This document shows, one piece after another, positions 17,013-24,929 of a stretch of DNA of 64,000 nucleotides (position 1 is its first letter; each line of letters starts with the position of its first letter). Location of the stretch: the NCBI GenBank assembly GCA_022711715.1, contig JAKLEC010000003.1, positions 1,256 to 65,255 on the forward strand, written 5' to 3'. The translations under genes were made by a program, and so were the position numbers. The DNA is from Acidobacteriota bacterium (GTDB lineage: Bacteria > Acidobacteriota > Aminicenantia > UBA2199). The notes beneath the pieces are model-generated. The model was given only the letters and a program-made list of their open reading frames with translations, was not told where the DNA came from and ran no database searches.

Positions 17013-19685
17013 ATGGAAAAAAACATTATCCTGAAGGGCGTCCGCACCCACAACCTGAAGGGCATCGACCTGGAGATCCCGCTGGGCAAGATCACCGCCC
17101 TGGTCGGCGTCAGCGGCGCCGGCAAGTCATCGCTGGCCTTCCACACGCTGTACGCCGAGGGCTACATCCGCTACATCGAGTCGATCTCGCCCTACATCCG
17201 CCAGTTCCTGGACCAGGTGGAAAAGCCCGACATCGACCGTGTCGAGAACCTGCCCCCGGCCATCGCCTTCCGCCAGAAGCGGCCCAACAAGAATCCCCGC
17301 TCCATCGTGGCCACCGCCGCCGACATCTTCGACTACCTGCGCATCCTCTACGCCAAGATCGCCGACTTTTGCTGCCCGGGCTGCGGCGCGCCGGTGCGCA
17401 AGTTCAGCATCGACGAGATCGTCGCGGACCTGCTGGCGCTGCCGCCCGCCTCGCTGCGCGTCTGCTTCGCCTACCAGGGCGACATCGCCTTCCTGGCCAA
17501 CCGCGGCTATCGTTTCCGGGTCAACGGCGGCGACAAGATCCTCATCGACGGCCGCAGCAAGGGCCGGCCCATCCAGGTGCTGGTCGACGAGATGGAGAAC
17601 TCGGCGGCGAACCGCGCCCGCCTCTTCGAGGCCGTCGACTCGGCCATCGGCCTGGGCCGCAGGACCGTCAGCGTCTTCGCCGCCGCCGGCGGCGCGAAAC
17701 GGTTCGCGGAACGGAGCTATCCCTTCTCGCTCTACTGCCCCCGCTGCGACAAGGAGTACGAGAGCCCCGACGAGAACCTGTTCTCCTTCAACAGCGCCCG
17801 CGGCGCCTGCCCGAGCTGCAACGGCTTCGGCGACGTGACGGCCATTGATCCCGCCCTGGTGTTCGCCGAGGAGCTTTCCCTGGAACAGGGGGCGGTGCGC
17901 CCGCTGAACACCCCGGCCAACCGCGACTTCCGCGACGATTTCCTGCTCCATGCCCGCAAGGCCGGGCTGGACACGCGCCGGCCCCTGCGCGAGCTCAGCG
18001 GAGCCCAGAGGGAATTCCTGCTGCGGGGGTCGGGGCGCTTCCCCGGCCTGGAGGGCCTGTTCGCCTACCTGCGCAGGAAATCCTACAAGGTCGAGGCGCG
18101 CGCCTTCCTGAGCCGCTATACCTCCTACCGCCCCTGCCCGGCCTGCGGCGGCAGCCGCTTCAACCCGCTGGTCCTCTCCTTCCGCGTCCAGGGCAGGACC
18201 ATCGCCGATTTCCTGGCCATGACCATCGGCGAGGCCGAGGCCTTCGTCCGCGGCCTCGACCCCAAGCGCCATGAACGGCGCATCTCGCCCGACGTGTCCC
18301 GCGAGATCTCGGCCAAGCTGCGCTTCCTGATCCAGAACCGCCTGCACTACATCCAGCTCGACCGCCCCACGTTCACCCTGTCGCGGGGCGAGCACCAGCG
18401 CATCAACCTGGCCTTCATCATGGGCTCCACCCTCTCCGACTCGCTGCTGATCATCGACCAGCCTTCGGCCGACCTGCACCCGGCCGACTACGGCAAGATG
18501 GACCTCTTCCTGCGCCGCCTGAAGGAGCACGGCAACACCGTCGTCATGGTCGAGCACAACCCGCTGCTGGTGCGCAGCTCCGACCACGTCGTCGAACTGG
18601 GACCCGGCGCCGGCAGCGCCGGCGGCCGCGTCGTTTTCCAGGGCGGCCGCGACGAATTCTTCGCCGGCGACGCCACCATTACCCAGAAGTATTTCCGCCG
18701 CCGCGCCCGGCCGGCGGCCGCGCCGGCCGGCGGCGCGGGGTACATGGAGTTCCGCAACGCCTGCGCCCACAACCTGAAGGGCTTCGACCTGCGGCTGCCG
18801 CTGCGGGCGCTGACCGTCATCGCCGGAGTCAGCGGCGCCGGCAAGAGCTCGCTGCTGTACGACGAGATGTACCTGAAGAACCCGCGCATCCCGGGCGTGC
18901 GCGAGAAGGTGCACATCGACCCCGGCATCCGTTCGCTGCGCAGCCACAGCAACATCGCCGGCTTCCTGGACGCCTCTTCCGCGGTGCGCGACGTCTTCGC
19001 CGCCCTGCCGCCCAGCCGCCAGTTGGGCTACCAGCCCGGCCATTTCTCCTTCCATTCCCCCCTCGGCCGCTGCCCGGAGTGCGGCGGCCGCGGCTTCAAG
19101 GAGATCGAGATGCAGTTCCTGCCCGCGGTCCGCGCCGGCTGCGGGCTGTGCCGCGGCAGCGGCTTCTCCCCCGAGGTGCTGAAGATCACCCTGCGCGGCC
19201 GCAGCATCGCCGACGTCCTGGCCATGACCGCCGACGCCTTCTGCGCCGAGTTCGCCGCCCGGATCCCGGCCGCCGCCGCGGCGCTGGCCCCGCTGCGCGA
19301 GAACGGCATGGGCACCCTGCGCCTGGGGGACAAGCTGGGCGCCCTGTCCAGCGGCGAGCTGCAGAAGCTCAAGCTGATCAAGCACTTGAACAACGGCGCC
19401 CCGGGCACGCTGTTCCTGATCGACGAGCCGTCGTTCGGGCTGCATCCCTTCGACGTCGAGGTGATCCGCGGGCTGATCGCCCGGCTGCTGGCGCGCGGCG
19501 ACACGGTGGTGGCCGTCGAGCACAACCTGGCCCTGATCGCCGGCGCCGATCATGTCGTCGAGCTGGGCCCCGAGGGCGGGGCCGGCGGCGGCCGGCTGCT
19601 CTTCAGCGGACCCCCGCGCGCGCTCGCGGGAAAGGCCTCGTCGGCCACCGGCCGCCATCTGAAAAAATATCTGCAAAAGGCTTGA
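17013..19685 (+). CDS. UvrA-like excinuclease ABC ATPase, divergent paralog
   Basis: 890 aa with two ABC modules (GVSGAGKSSL twice) and CxxC zinc modules. The first signature/Walker B is degenerate (LSRGE, IIDQPS); the second is canonical (LSSGE, LIDEPS). Confidence 0.85.
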   Translation: MEKNIILKGVRTHNLKGIDLEIPLGKITALVGVSGAGKSSLAFHTLYAEGYIRYIESISPYIRQFLDQVEKPDIDRVENLPPAIAFRQKRPNKNPRSIVATAADIFDYLRILYAKIADFCCPGCGAPVRKFSIDEIVADLLALPPASLRVCFAYQGDIAFLANRGYRFRVNGGDKILIDGRSKGRPIQVLVDEMENSAANRARLFEAVDSAIGLGRRTVSVFAAAGGAKRFAERSYPFSLYCPRCDKEYESPDENLFSFNSARGACPSCNGFGDVTAIDPALVFAEELSLEQGAVRPLNTPANRDFRDDFLLHARKAGLDTRRPLRELSGAQREFLLRGSGRFPGLEGLFAYLRRKSYKVEARAFLSRYTSYRPCPACGGSRFNPLVLSFRVQGRTIADFLAMTIGEAEAFVRGLDPKRHERRISPDVSREISAKLRFLIQNRLHYIQLDRPTFTLSRGEHQRINLAFIMGSTLSDSLLIIDQPSADLHPADYGKMDLFLRRLKEHGNTVVMVEHNPLLVRSSDHVVELGPGAGSAGGRVVFQGGRDEFFAGDATITQKYFRRRARPAAAPAGGAGYMEFRNACAHNLKGFDLRLPLRALTVIAGVSGAGKSSLLYDEMYLKNPRIPGVREKVHIDPGIRSLRSHSNIAGFLDASSAVRDVFAALPPSRQLGYQPGHFSFHSPLGRCPECGGRGFKEIEMQFLPAVRAGCGLCRGSGFSPEVLKITLRGRSIADVLAMTADAFCAEFAARIPAAAAALAPLRENGMGTLRLGDKLGALSSGELQKLKLIKHLNNGAPGTLFLIDEPSFGLHPFDVEVIRGLIARLLARGDTVVAVEHNLALIAGADHVVELGPEGGAGGGRLLFSGPPRALAGKASSATGRHLKKYLQKA

Positions 19686-19740
19686 CAAAACGAGAATAAC
19701 CTCTTAAATAGAAGCCAAAAATAACGAAGGAGTTCCGCCG

Positions 19741-20097
19741 ATGGAGCAATTGGAGATCATTTCATGGCAGACGCTCGACGTGTTGAAGGCGGCTGCCACC
19801 AAGATCGTTGAAGTGGTCGGCGACCTGGACACCGACGAGCACCAGTCGGTCTTCTGCACCATCGAGGACGACTACCTGGAGCTTTTCTACAGCGAGCTGG
19901 ACGCCAACTTCATCCGCCATTTCGAGGATGAGGACGAGTTTTACAAGACCATCGAGACGCGCAAGAACGAGTTCGGCGAGGAGGACTTCGACGCCGCCAA
20001 TTACTACGAGGAAGAGGAGAACTTCGGCGACGAGGAGTCGGAGGAGGACTTGGACGGTTTCGACATGAAGGACGACGAGGAGGACGAGGATTACTGA
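19741..20097 (+). CDS. Highly acidic 118-aa protein of unknown function
   Basis: By my count 44 of 118 residues are D/E against 7 K/R. RBS AAGGAG lies upstream. No recognisable domain. Confidence 0.55.
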   Translation: MEQLEIISWQTLDVLKAAATKIVEVVGDLDTDEHQSVFCTIEDDYLELFYSELDANFIRHFEDEDEFYKTIETRKNEFGEEDFDAANYYEEEENFGDEESEEDLDGFDMKDDEEDEDY

Positions 20098-20149
20098 TCC
20101 CCGCCGTCCCCAGCCCGCGGCGCCGCCGGACGCGGGAAAACGCAAGTGG

Positions 20150-20335
20150 GTGGAATACTCGTCGGTCGGGCTGATGTTCCCCGCCTCCATCCTCGTCGGC
20201 TTCGCCATCGGCCATTTCCTGGACCGCTGGCTGAAGACTTCCCCCTGGCTGACCCTGGCATTCATCTTCTACGGCATTCTCGCCGGGTTCTACAACCTGT
20301 TCGCGCAGACGAGGCGCCATGAGCCCGAGGAATAA
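20150..20335 (+). CDS. atpZ: AtpZ/ATPase_gene1-type small membrane protein of the ATP synthase operon
   Basis: 61 aa with two TM helices (GLMFPASILVGFAIGHFLD...LTLAFIFYGILAGFYNL). GTG start. Confidence 0.65.
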   Translation: MEYSSVGLMFPASILVGFAIGHFLDRWLKTSPWLTLAFIFYGILAGFYNLFAQTRRHEPEE

Positions 20336-20707
20336 GGCATCCATGGTGACCGCTGCCGCCGTCCGCGCCGCGGCCGCCTTCGAGGCCCTGGCCCTGGCGG
20401 CGATTTTTTTTTTACAAAGCGCGCCGAGTATTGTATAATTTCCCTTGCAGGAGCCGCCGCCGGCATCGCGGGATTCCTCGCGCTGGCGCGGCAGGCTGAC
20501 CGGATCCTGGAAAAAGGCAAGGGCAAAATGCTTTTCTTCGTGTCGAGCTTGGTGAAAATCCTGGCCATCGCCGCCTTGGTCCTTGTGGTCAGCCGCATCT
20601 CCGGCGCCGGCGCGCTCTTTTTCGTCCAGGGCTGGTCCATGAGCTACCTGGGCGTCGTCGCCGCCGGCCTGCGCCGACCCGCGCGCGGCAGGCGCCATGG
20701 AACATAA
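20319..20707 (+). pseudogene. atpI: atpI-like gene split by a frameshift at a T10 homopolymer (20404-20413)
   Basis: Frame A runs 20319-20438 (MSPRNKASMVTAAAVRAAAAFEALALAAIFF...stop). A second frame is open through 20707 (...SLAGAAAGIAGFLALARQADRILEKGKGKMLFFVSSLVKILAIAALVLVVSRISGAGALFFVQGWSMSYLGVVAAGL). One extra T would join them into a ~129-aa AtpI-like protein with 4 TM helices. Confidence 0.5.
20411..20439 (+). promoter_or_regulatory. Sigma70-like promoter inside the atpI-like region (TTTACA-17-TATAAT)
   Basis: TTTACA at 20411-20416 and TATAAT at 20434-20439, with a 17-nt spacer. It follows the T10 tract directly, which could act as an UP-like element. Confidence 0.4.
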
Positions 20708-21410
20708 CCCGCTGGTCGCCGTCTGGGTCAACGGCGCGCTCCGCTCCCTGGCCGCGCTGGCCGGCGTCCGCGTCCGCGGCGACGTGCTTCCCGCCCACGT
20801 CATCATGGCCATGATCGCCACCCTGGGCCTCATCCTCTTCTTTAAGCTGGCCGCCCGCCGCCTGTCGCTTTTCCCGGCGCCCCTGCAGGCGATGCTGGAA
20901 TCGATCTATCTCTTCCTGCGCTCGCTGGTGGACGACATGATCGGCCCCGAGGGGCGGCGGTTCGTGCCGGTGCTGGGCACGCTGGGGCTGTTCATCGCCA
21001 CCGCCAACCTGCTGGGGCTGCTGCCCGAGATGGCCTCGCCGACGGCCAACCTGAACGTCCCGGCCGGCTGCGCCGTGTTCATCTTCCTGTACTACAACGC
21101 CCAGGGGGTGAAGAAGCACGGCTTCCTGGGCTACCTGAAGCACTTCTCGGGTCCAAAGTGGTGGATGGCGCCCATCTTCTTCCCCATCGAGATCATCTCG
21201 CAGTTCTCGCGCCCGCTGTCGCTGACCGTCCGTCTCTTCTGCAACATCTTCGGCGAGGACCTGGTCATCATCATCATCGTCTCGCTGGTGCCCTTCGTGG
21301 CGCCGCTGCCCATGATGGCCATGGCCATCTTTACTTCGCTTCTGCAGGCGTATATCTTTATCATGCTGTCGTCGGTCTATTTGTCCGGCGCCATCGCATC
21401 GGAGCATTGA
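20697..21410 (+). CDS. atpB: F0F1 ATP synthase subunit a
   Basis: 237 aa. The conserved ...SLTVRLFCNIFGE... motif with the essential Arg is present. Confidence 0.95.
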   Translation: MEHNPLVAVWVNGALRSLAALAGVRVRGDVLPAHVIMAMIATLGLILFFKLAARRLSLFPAPLQAMLESIYLFLRSLVDDMIGPEGRRFVPVLGTLGLFIATANLLGLLPEMASPTANLNVPAGCAVFIFLYYNAQGVKKHGFLGYLKHFSGPKWWMAPIFFPIEIISQFSRPLSLTVRLFCNIFGEDLVIIIIVSLVPFVAPLPMMAMAIFTSLLQAYIFIMLSSVYLSGAIASEH

Positions 21411-21429
21411 CACACAAGGAGGAACTTTC

Positions 21430-21792
21430 ATGAGAAACAAGGCACTGCTGACCGTCGCCGGCCTGCTGGCCCTGGCCGCCGCGCTCCCCGCCCAGGCCCA
21501 GGTGGCGCCCAAGGCCGCCGGCGCCACGTCGTCGATCTTCTTCTGGACCATCCTCATCGGCGCCGCCTGCCTGACCGTGGCGGCCATCTTCGGCATCCTC
21601 GGCCAGTCCCGGGCCTTCTGCACTGCCGCCGACAACATCGCCCGCAACCCGGCCTCGGCCGACTCCATCCGTGGCCTGCTGATCATCGCCCTGGCGCTGA
21701 TGGAATCCCTGGTCATCTACGTCCTGCTCATCGACCTGATCCTCTTCTTCGTCAAGTGGGGCGGCTCCACCCTGTCCACCATCGCTCGCTGA
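21430..21792 (+). CDS. atpE: F0F1 ATP synthase subunit c with an N-terminal signal-like extension
   Basis: Hairpin core ...GILGQSRAFCTAADNIARNPA...ALALMESLVIYVLLI... follows about 35 extra N-terminal residues (MRNKALLTVAGLLALAAALPAQAQ...). Confidence 0.9.
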   Translation: MRNKALLTVAGLLALAAALPAQAQVAPKAAGATSSIFFWTILIGAACLTVAAIFGILGQSRAFCTAADNIARNPASADSIRGLLIIALALMESLVIYVLLIDLILFFVKWGGSTLSTIAR

Positions 21793-21824
21793 CCGCGAGC
21801 GGGGGAAGACGCGGCTGAGGGGCC

Positions 21825-22694
21825 ATGGCCGGCCGGAGCGGCGCGCTGACGCCGCTGGGGTTCCTGCGCGTGCTGTGGCGCGCGCTGCGGGAATTCCTGT
21901 CCGAGGGCGGCATCGACCAGTCGTCGATCCTGGCCTACTACTCCATCTTCTCCACGTTCTTCCTGCTCATTTTCTTCACCTACCTGTTCGCCGGCGTGAT
22001 GGACTCGCCCGATGCGGCGCTGCAGAACGTCTACCCCTTTTCCCCCGAGTTCTTCCAGGACATCGCGCCGGTGTTCTTCCAGCAGGCCGCCGCGCTGTCG
22101 GCGCGCATCGGCCACCTGAGCCTGTACGGCCTGGGTTTCTTCCTCTTCCTCGGCGTCCTGATCTTCAAGAAGATGGTGCAGTTCATCAACGACATGTTCC
22201 GCATCGACGTCAAGCGCGTGTTCTTCACCCGCCGCGTCAAGGAGTTCGGGCTGCTGCTGATCGTGCTGGTGCTGGTCATCGCCTCCTTCCTGGTCACCGG
22301 CCTGGCATCGACCGTCACCGCCATCGTCAGCCAGGACGTGGCCCAGCGCGGACCGATCGACCCCGCCCTGGTGCGCGCCATCAACAGCTTCTTCGTCCGC
22401 TATGCCATGCCCTTCCTGATCACCTCGCTGTTCTTCTACATCCTGTTCAAATGGATCCCCGAGAAGCGGGTGGCCGTGCTGCCGGCGCTGGCCTCGGCGC
22501 TGTTCGCGGCGCTGCTGTGGGAGACGGTCAAGCGCGCCTACGCCTACTACCTGGTGAACGTGTCGCTGCTGCGCCGAGTGCAGGACCCGATCGTGGCCAT
22601 CATCGTATTCGGGTTCTGGATGGAGATCACCATGGGCATCATGCTCTACGGGGCCAAGATGACCTTCCTGCTCGACAAGGAGGCTCATGCCTAA
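21825..22694 (+). CDS. YihY/BrkB-family inner membrane protein
   Basis: FLSEGGIDQSSILAYYSIFSTFFLLIF and a 6-TM layout. Confidence 0.8.
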   Translation: MAGRSGALTPLGFLRVLWRALREFLSEGGIDQSSILAYYSIFSTFFLLIFFTYLFAGVMDSPDAALQNVYPFSPEFFQDIAPVFFQQAAALSARIGHLSLYGLGFFLFLGVLIFKKMVQFINDMFRIDVKRVFFTRRVKEFGLLLIVLVLVIASFLVTGLASTVTAIVSQDVAQRGPIDPALVRAINSFFVRYAMPFLITSLFFYILFKWIPEKRVAVLPALASALFAALLWETVKRAYAYYLVNVSLLRRVQDPIVAIIVFGFWMEITMGIMLYGAKMTFLLDKEAHA

Positions 22695-23709
22695 ATTGAA
22701 GGAGATCGCCGCCCTCCTCAACGGCGAGCTGCTCGGCGACGGGGAGCTGGAGATCGCCGGCGTGCAGTCGCTGCCGCGCGCCGGCCCCGGCGAGATCGCC
22801 TACGTGGCCAAGGGCAACGATGCCGCCGCCGCCGGCTCCCGCGCCGGCGCGCTGGTCGTGGCGCGCGGGAGCGTCGTGGAGCACGCCAACCGCGTCCTCG
22901 TCGCCGACCCGCAGCTGGCCTTCGCCCTCCTGCTGCGGCACTTTCACCCGCGCCGGCCCCTCTGGCAGGGCGTCTCCCCCGCCGCCTTCGTCGCCGCCAG
23001 CGCCGTGCTCGGCGCCGGGGCGAGCGTCGCCCCCTTCGCCTTCGTCGGCGAGGAGTGCCGCGTCGGCGAGCGCAGCGAGATCCACCCCGGGACGGCGCTC
23101 TACCGCGACGTGGTCATCGGCCGCGACTGCCTGATCTACGCCAACGTGGTGATCCGCGAAGGCGCGCGCATCGGCGACAACGTCATCATCCATCCCGGCG
23201 CCGTCATCGGCGCCGACGGCTTCGGCTTCGGCCGCGCGGCCGACGGCGCGGCGGTGAAGGTGCCGCAGGTGGGACGGGTGATCATCGGCGACGGCTGCGA
23301 GATCGGGGCCAACACCTGCATCGACCGCTCGACCATCGAGGAGACGGCGCTGGCGGCGAACGTCAAGCTGGACAACCTGGTGCAGATCGGCCACAACGTG
23401 CGCATCGGCCGCGACACCGCCATTTCGGCCCACACGGGCATCGCCGGCTCCACGCGCATCGGCGCCGGGGTGATCATGGGCGGCCAGGTCGGGGTGGCCG
23501 ACCACGTCGAGATCGCCGACGGCGTCATGGTCGCCGCCCTCACCGGCATCTCCGGCTCGATCAAATCCAAGATGGTCGTCGCCGGCATCCCGCACCAGGA
23601 GATGGGCGAATGGCGGCGCAACATGGTCCTGGCGCGCAACCTGGCGGCGATGCGCGACCGCATCCGCATGTTGGAGAAGAAGATAAAGGAAATGGAGGAA
23701 AAAGAATGA
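22687..23709 (+). CDS. lpxD: UDP-3-O-acylglucosamine N-acyltransferase
   Basis: N-terminal LpxD domain (LKEIAALLNGEL...) followed by long hexapeptide-repeat left-handed beta-helix sequence. Confidence 0.92.
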   Translation: MPKLKEIAALLNGELLGDGELEIAGVQSLPRAGPGEIAYVAKGNDAAAAGSRAGALVVARGSVVEHANRVLVADPQLAFALLLRHFHPRRPLWQGVSPAAFVAASAVLGAGASVAPFAFVGEECRVGERSEIHPGTALYRDVVIGRDCLIYANVVIREGARIGDNVIIHPGAVIGADGFGFGRAADGAAVKVPQVGRVIIGDGCEIGANTCIDRSTIEETALAANVKLDNLVQIGHNVRIGRDTAISAHTGIAGSTRIGAGVIMGGQVGVADHVEIADGVMVAALTGISGSIKSKMVVAGIPHQEMGEWRRNMVLARNLAAMRDRIRMLEKKIKEMEEKE

Positions 23710-24386
23710 AGAAACTCGTAGCCTTGGCCCTCTTCTTGCTGCTGCCGGTGATCGCGCTCGCCAAGCCGGCCCTCAAGTTCAAGAGCGCGACCTTCGAGTT
23801 CGGCGAGGTCTCCAGCGGCAAGATCCTCGACATCGCCTTCGAGTTCGAAAACTCCGGCGACGAGGCGCTGCTGATCAAGAACGTCGTACCCTCCTGCGGC
23901 TGCACCACGGCGGCGCTGGACAAGAAGGAATATAAGCCCGGCGAAAAGGGGACGATCAGCGGCAAGTTCAACACCAGCGGCTACAACGGCCGCGTCGTCA
24001 AGACCATCACCGTGACCAGCAACGATCCCGCCAACCCGGAGATCCGGCTGGCGGTGAGCGGCACGGTGGTCGTCAAGGACTTCGCCCAGGCCGACGTCAA
24101 GCCGGGGCAGATCGCCTTCGGCGTTGTCAAGGTCGGCAAGGCCTACGTGCGCAAGCTCAACTTGAGCAACCTGGGCAACATGGACCTGCGCGTCCTGGAG
24201 TACAGCTGCAGCCCCGAGGTGTCGCTGGCGTTCCGCACGAGCAGCGTGGCGGGGAAGAACAGCACCGAGTTCACCCTCACCTTCACCCCCTTCGAGAAAG
24301 GGACGTTCAACAACATGGTGAAGATCCGCACCAACGACTACCGCAGCCCCTACGCCTTCATCCGCCTGGAGGCCCAGGCCGACTGA
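23706..24386 (+). CDS. DUF1573-domain secreted protein (two Ig-like repeats)
   Basis: Signal peptide MKKLVALALFLLLPVIALA. FEFGEV...FENSGDEALLIKNVVPSCGCT is typical of DUF1573. The ATG overlaps the lpxD stop (ATGA). Confidence 0.8.
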   Translation: MKKLVALALFLLLPVIALAKPALKFKSATFEFGEVSSGKILDIAFEFENSGDEALLIKNVVPSCGCTTAALDKKEYKPGEKGTISGKFNTSGYNGRVVKTITVTSNDPANPEIRLAVSGTVVVKDFAQADVKPGQIAFGVVKVGKAYVRKLNLSNLGNMDLRVLEYSCSPEVSLAFRTSSVAGKNSTEFTLTFTPFEKGTFNNMVKIRTNDYRSPYAFIRLEAQAD

Positions 24387-24392
24387 GCCAGA

Positions 24393-24866
24393 TTATTGCT
24401 TGGTGTTCGGCAGGACGGTGAAGCGGCCGTCGCTGTAAATGATGTCCTGGTTGAAATCGGATAAAGAACGCAACGGATATTGGCCAACCGGCGTGTTATC
24501 GGTAACTTTGTTGCGGCCCCAGGACATAACCGAATAGGCGTCAAAAGCGCTTCCCCCGCCAGCATCGTATGCGAAGAGGGTATTCCAGCCATCTCGATCG
24601 GGCAGTATCTTGATGTAAAAAGGGCGGAACCAAGGTCGATCCAAACCGGTTATCAGGGTTTCACCCGGGGCAGGAGCGAAAGCCCAGTCGACGAGATACG
24701 ATTCGATGGCCGCTCCGATCGAGGTCATGTCCCCCATGGTCGCTTTCTGCCGGCCTTTATGCAGGGCCACCAGCAGGTTGGGGATGGCGATGGCGGCGAT
24801 GATGCCAATGATGGCCACGACGATAAGGAGCTCAATCAGCGTAAAGCCTCTTGTTCTCACTGGCAC
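24393..24866 (-). CDS. Type IV pilin-like / pseudopilin protein (paralog 1)
   Basis: MPVRTRG/FTLIELLIVVAIIGIIAAIAIPNLL prepilin motif. It is a paralog of the gene at 28167-28646. Confidence 0.85.
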   Translation of the reverse strand: MPVRTRGFTLIELLIVVAIIGIIAAIAIPNLLVALHKGRQKATMGDMTSIGAAIESYLVDWAFAPAPGETLITGLDRPWFRPFYIKILPDRDGWNTLFAYDAGGGSAFDAYSVMSWGRNKVTDNTPVGQYPLRSLSDFNQDIIYSDGRFTVLPNTKQ

Positions 24867-24891
24867 CTCCTCGTGATCCTATAATAAGAAA

Positions 24892-24906
24892 GCAATCTTG
24901 CTGCCA
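24892..24906 (-). promoter_or_regulatory. Sigma54 (-24/-12) promoter for pilin paralog 1
   Basis: The minus strand reads TGGCAGCAAGATTGC (consensus TGGCAC-N5-TTGC), 26 nt upstream of the ATG at 24866. Confidence 0.6.
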
Positions 24907-24929
24907 AATCGCTTTCATTCACGGCATTC

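Noticed and set aside
17127-19688. 853-aa minus-strand ORF opposite the uvrA-like gene, plus several other frames here
   Set aside because: It is an antisense shadow ORF. The plus-strand product has unmistakable UvrA motifs.
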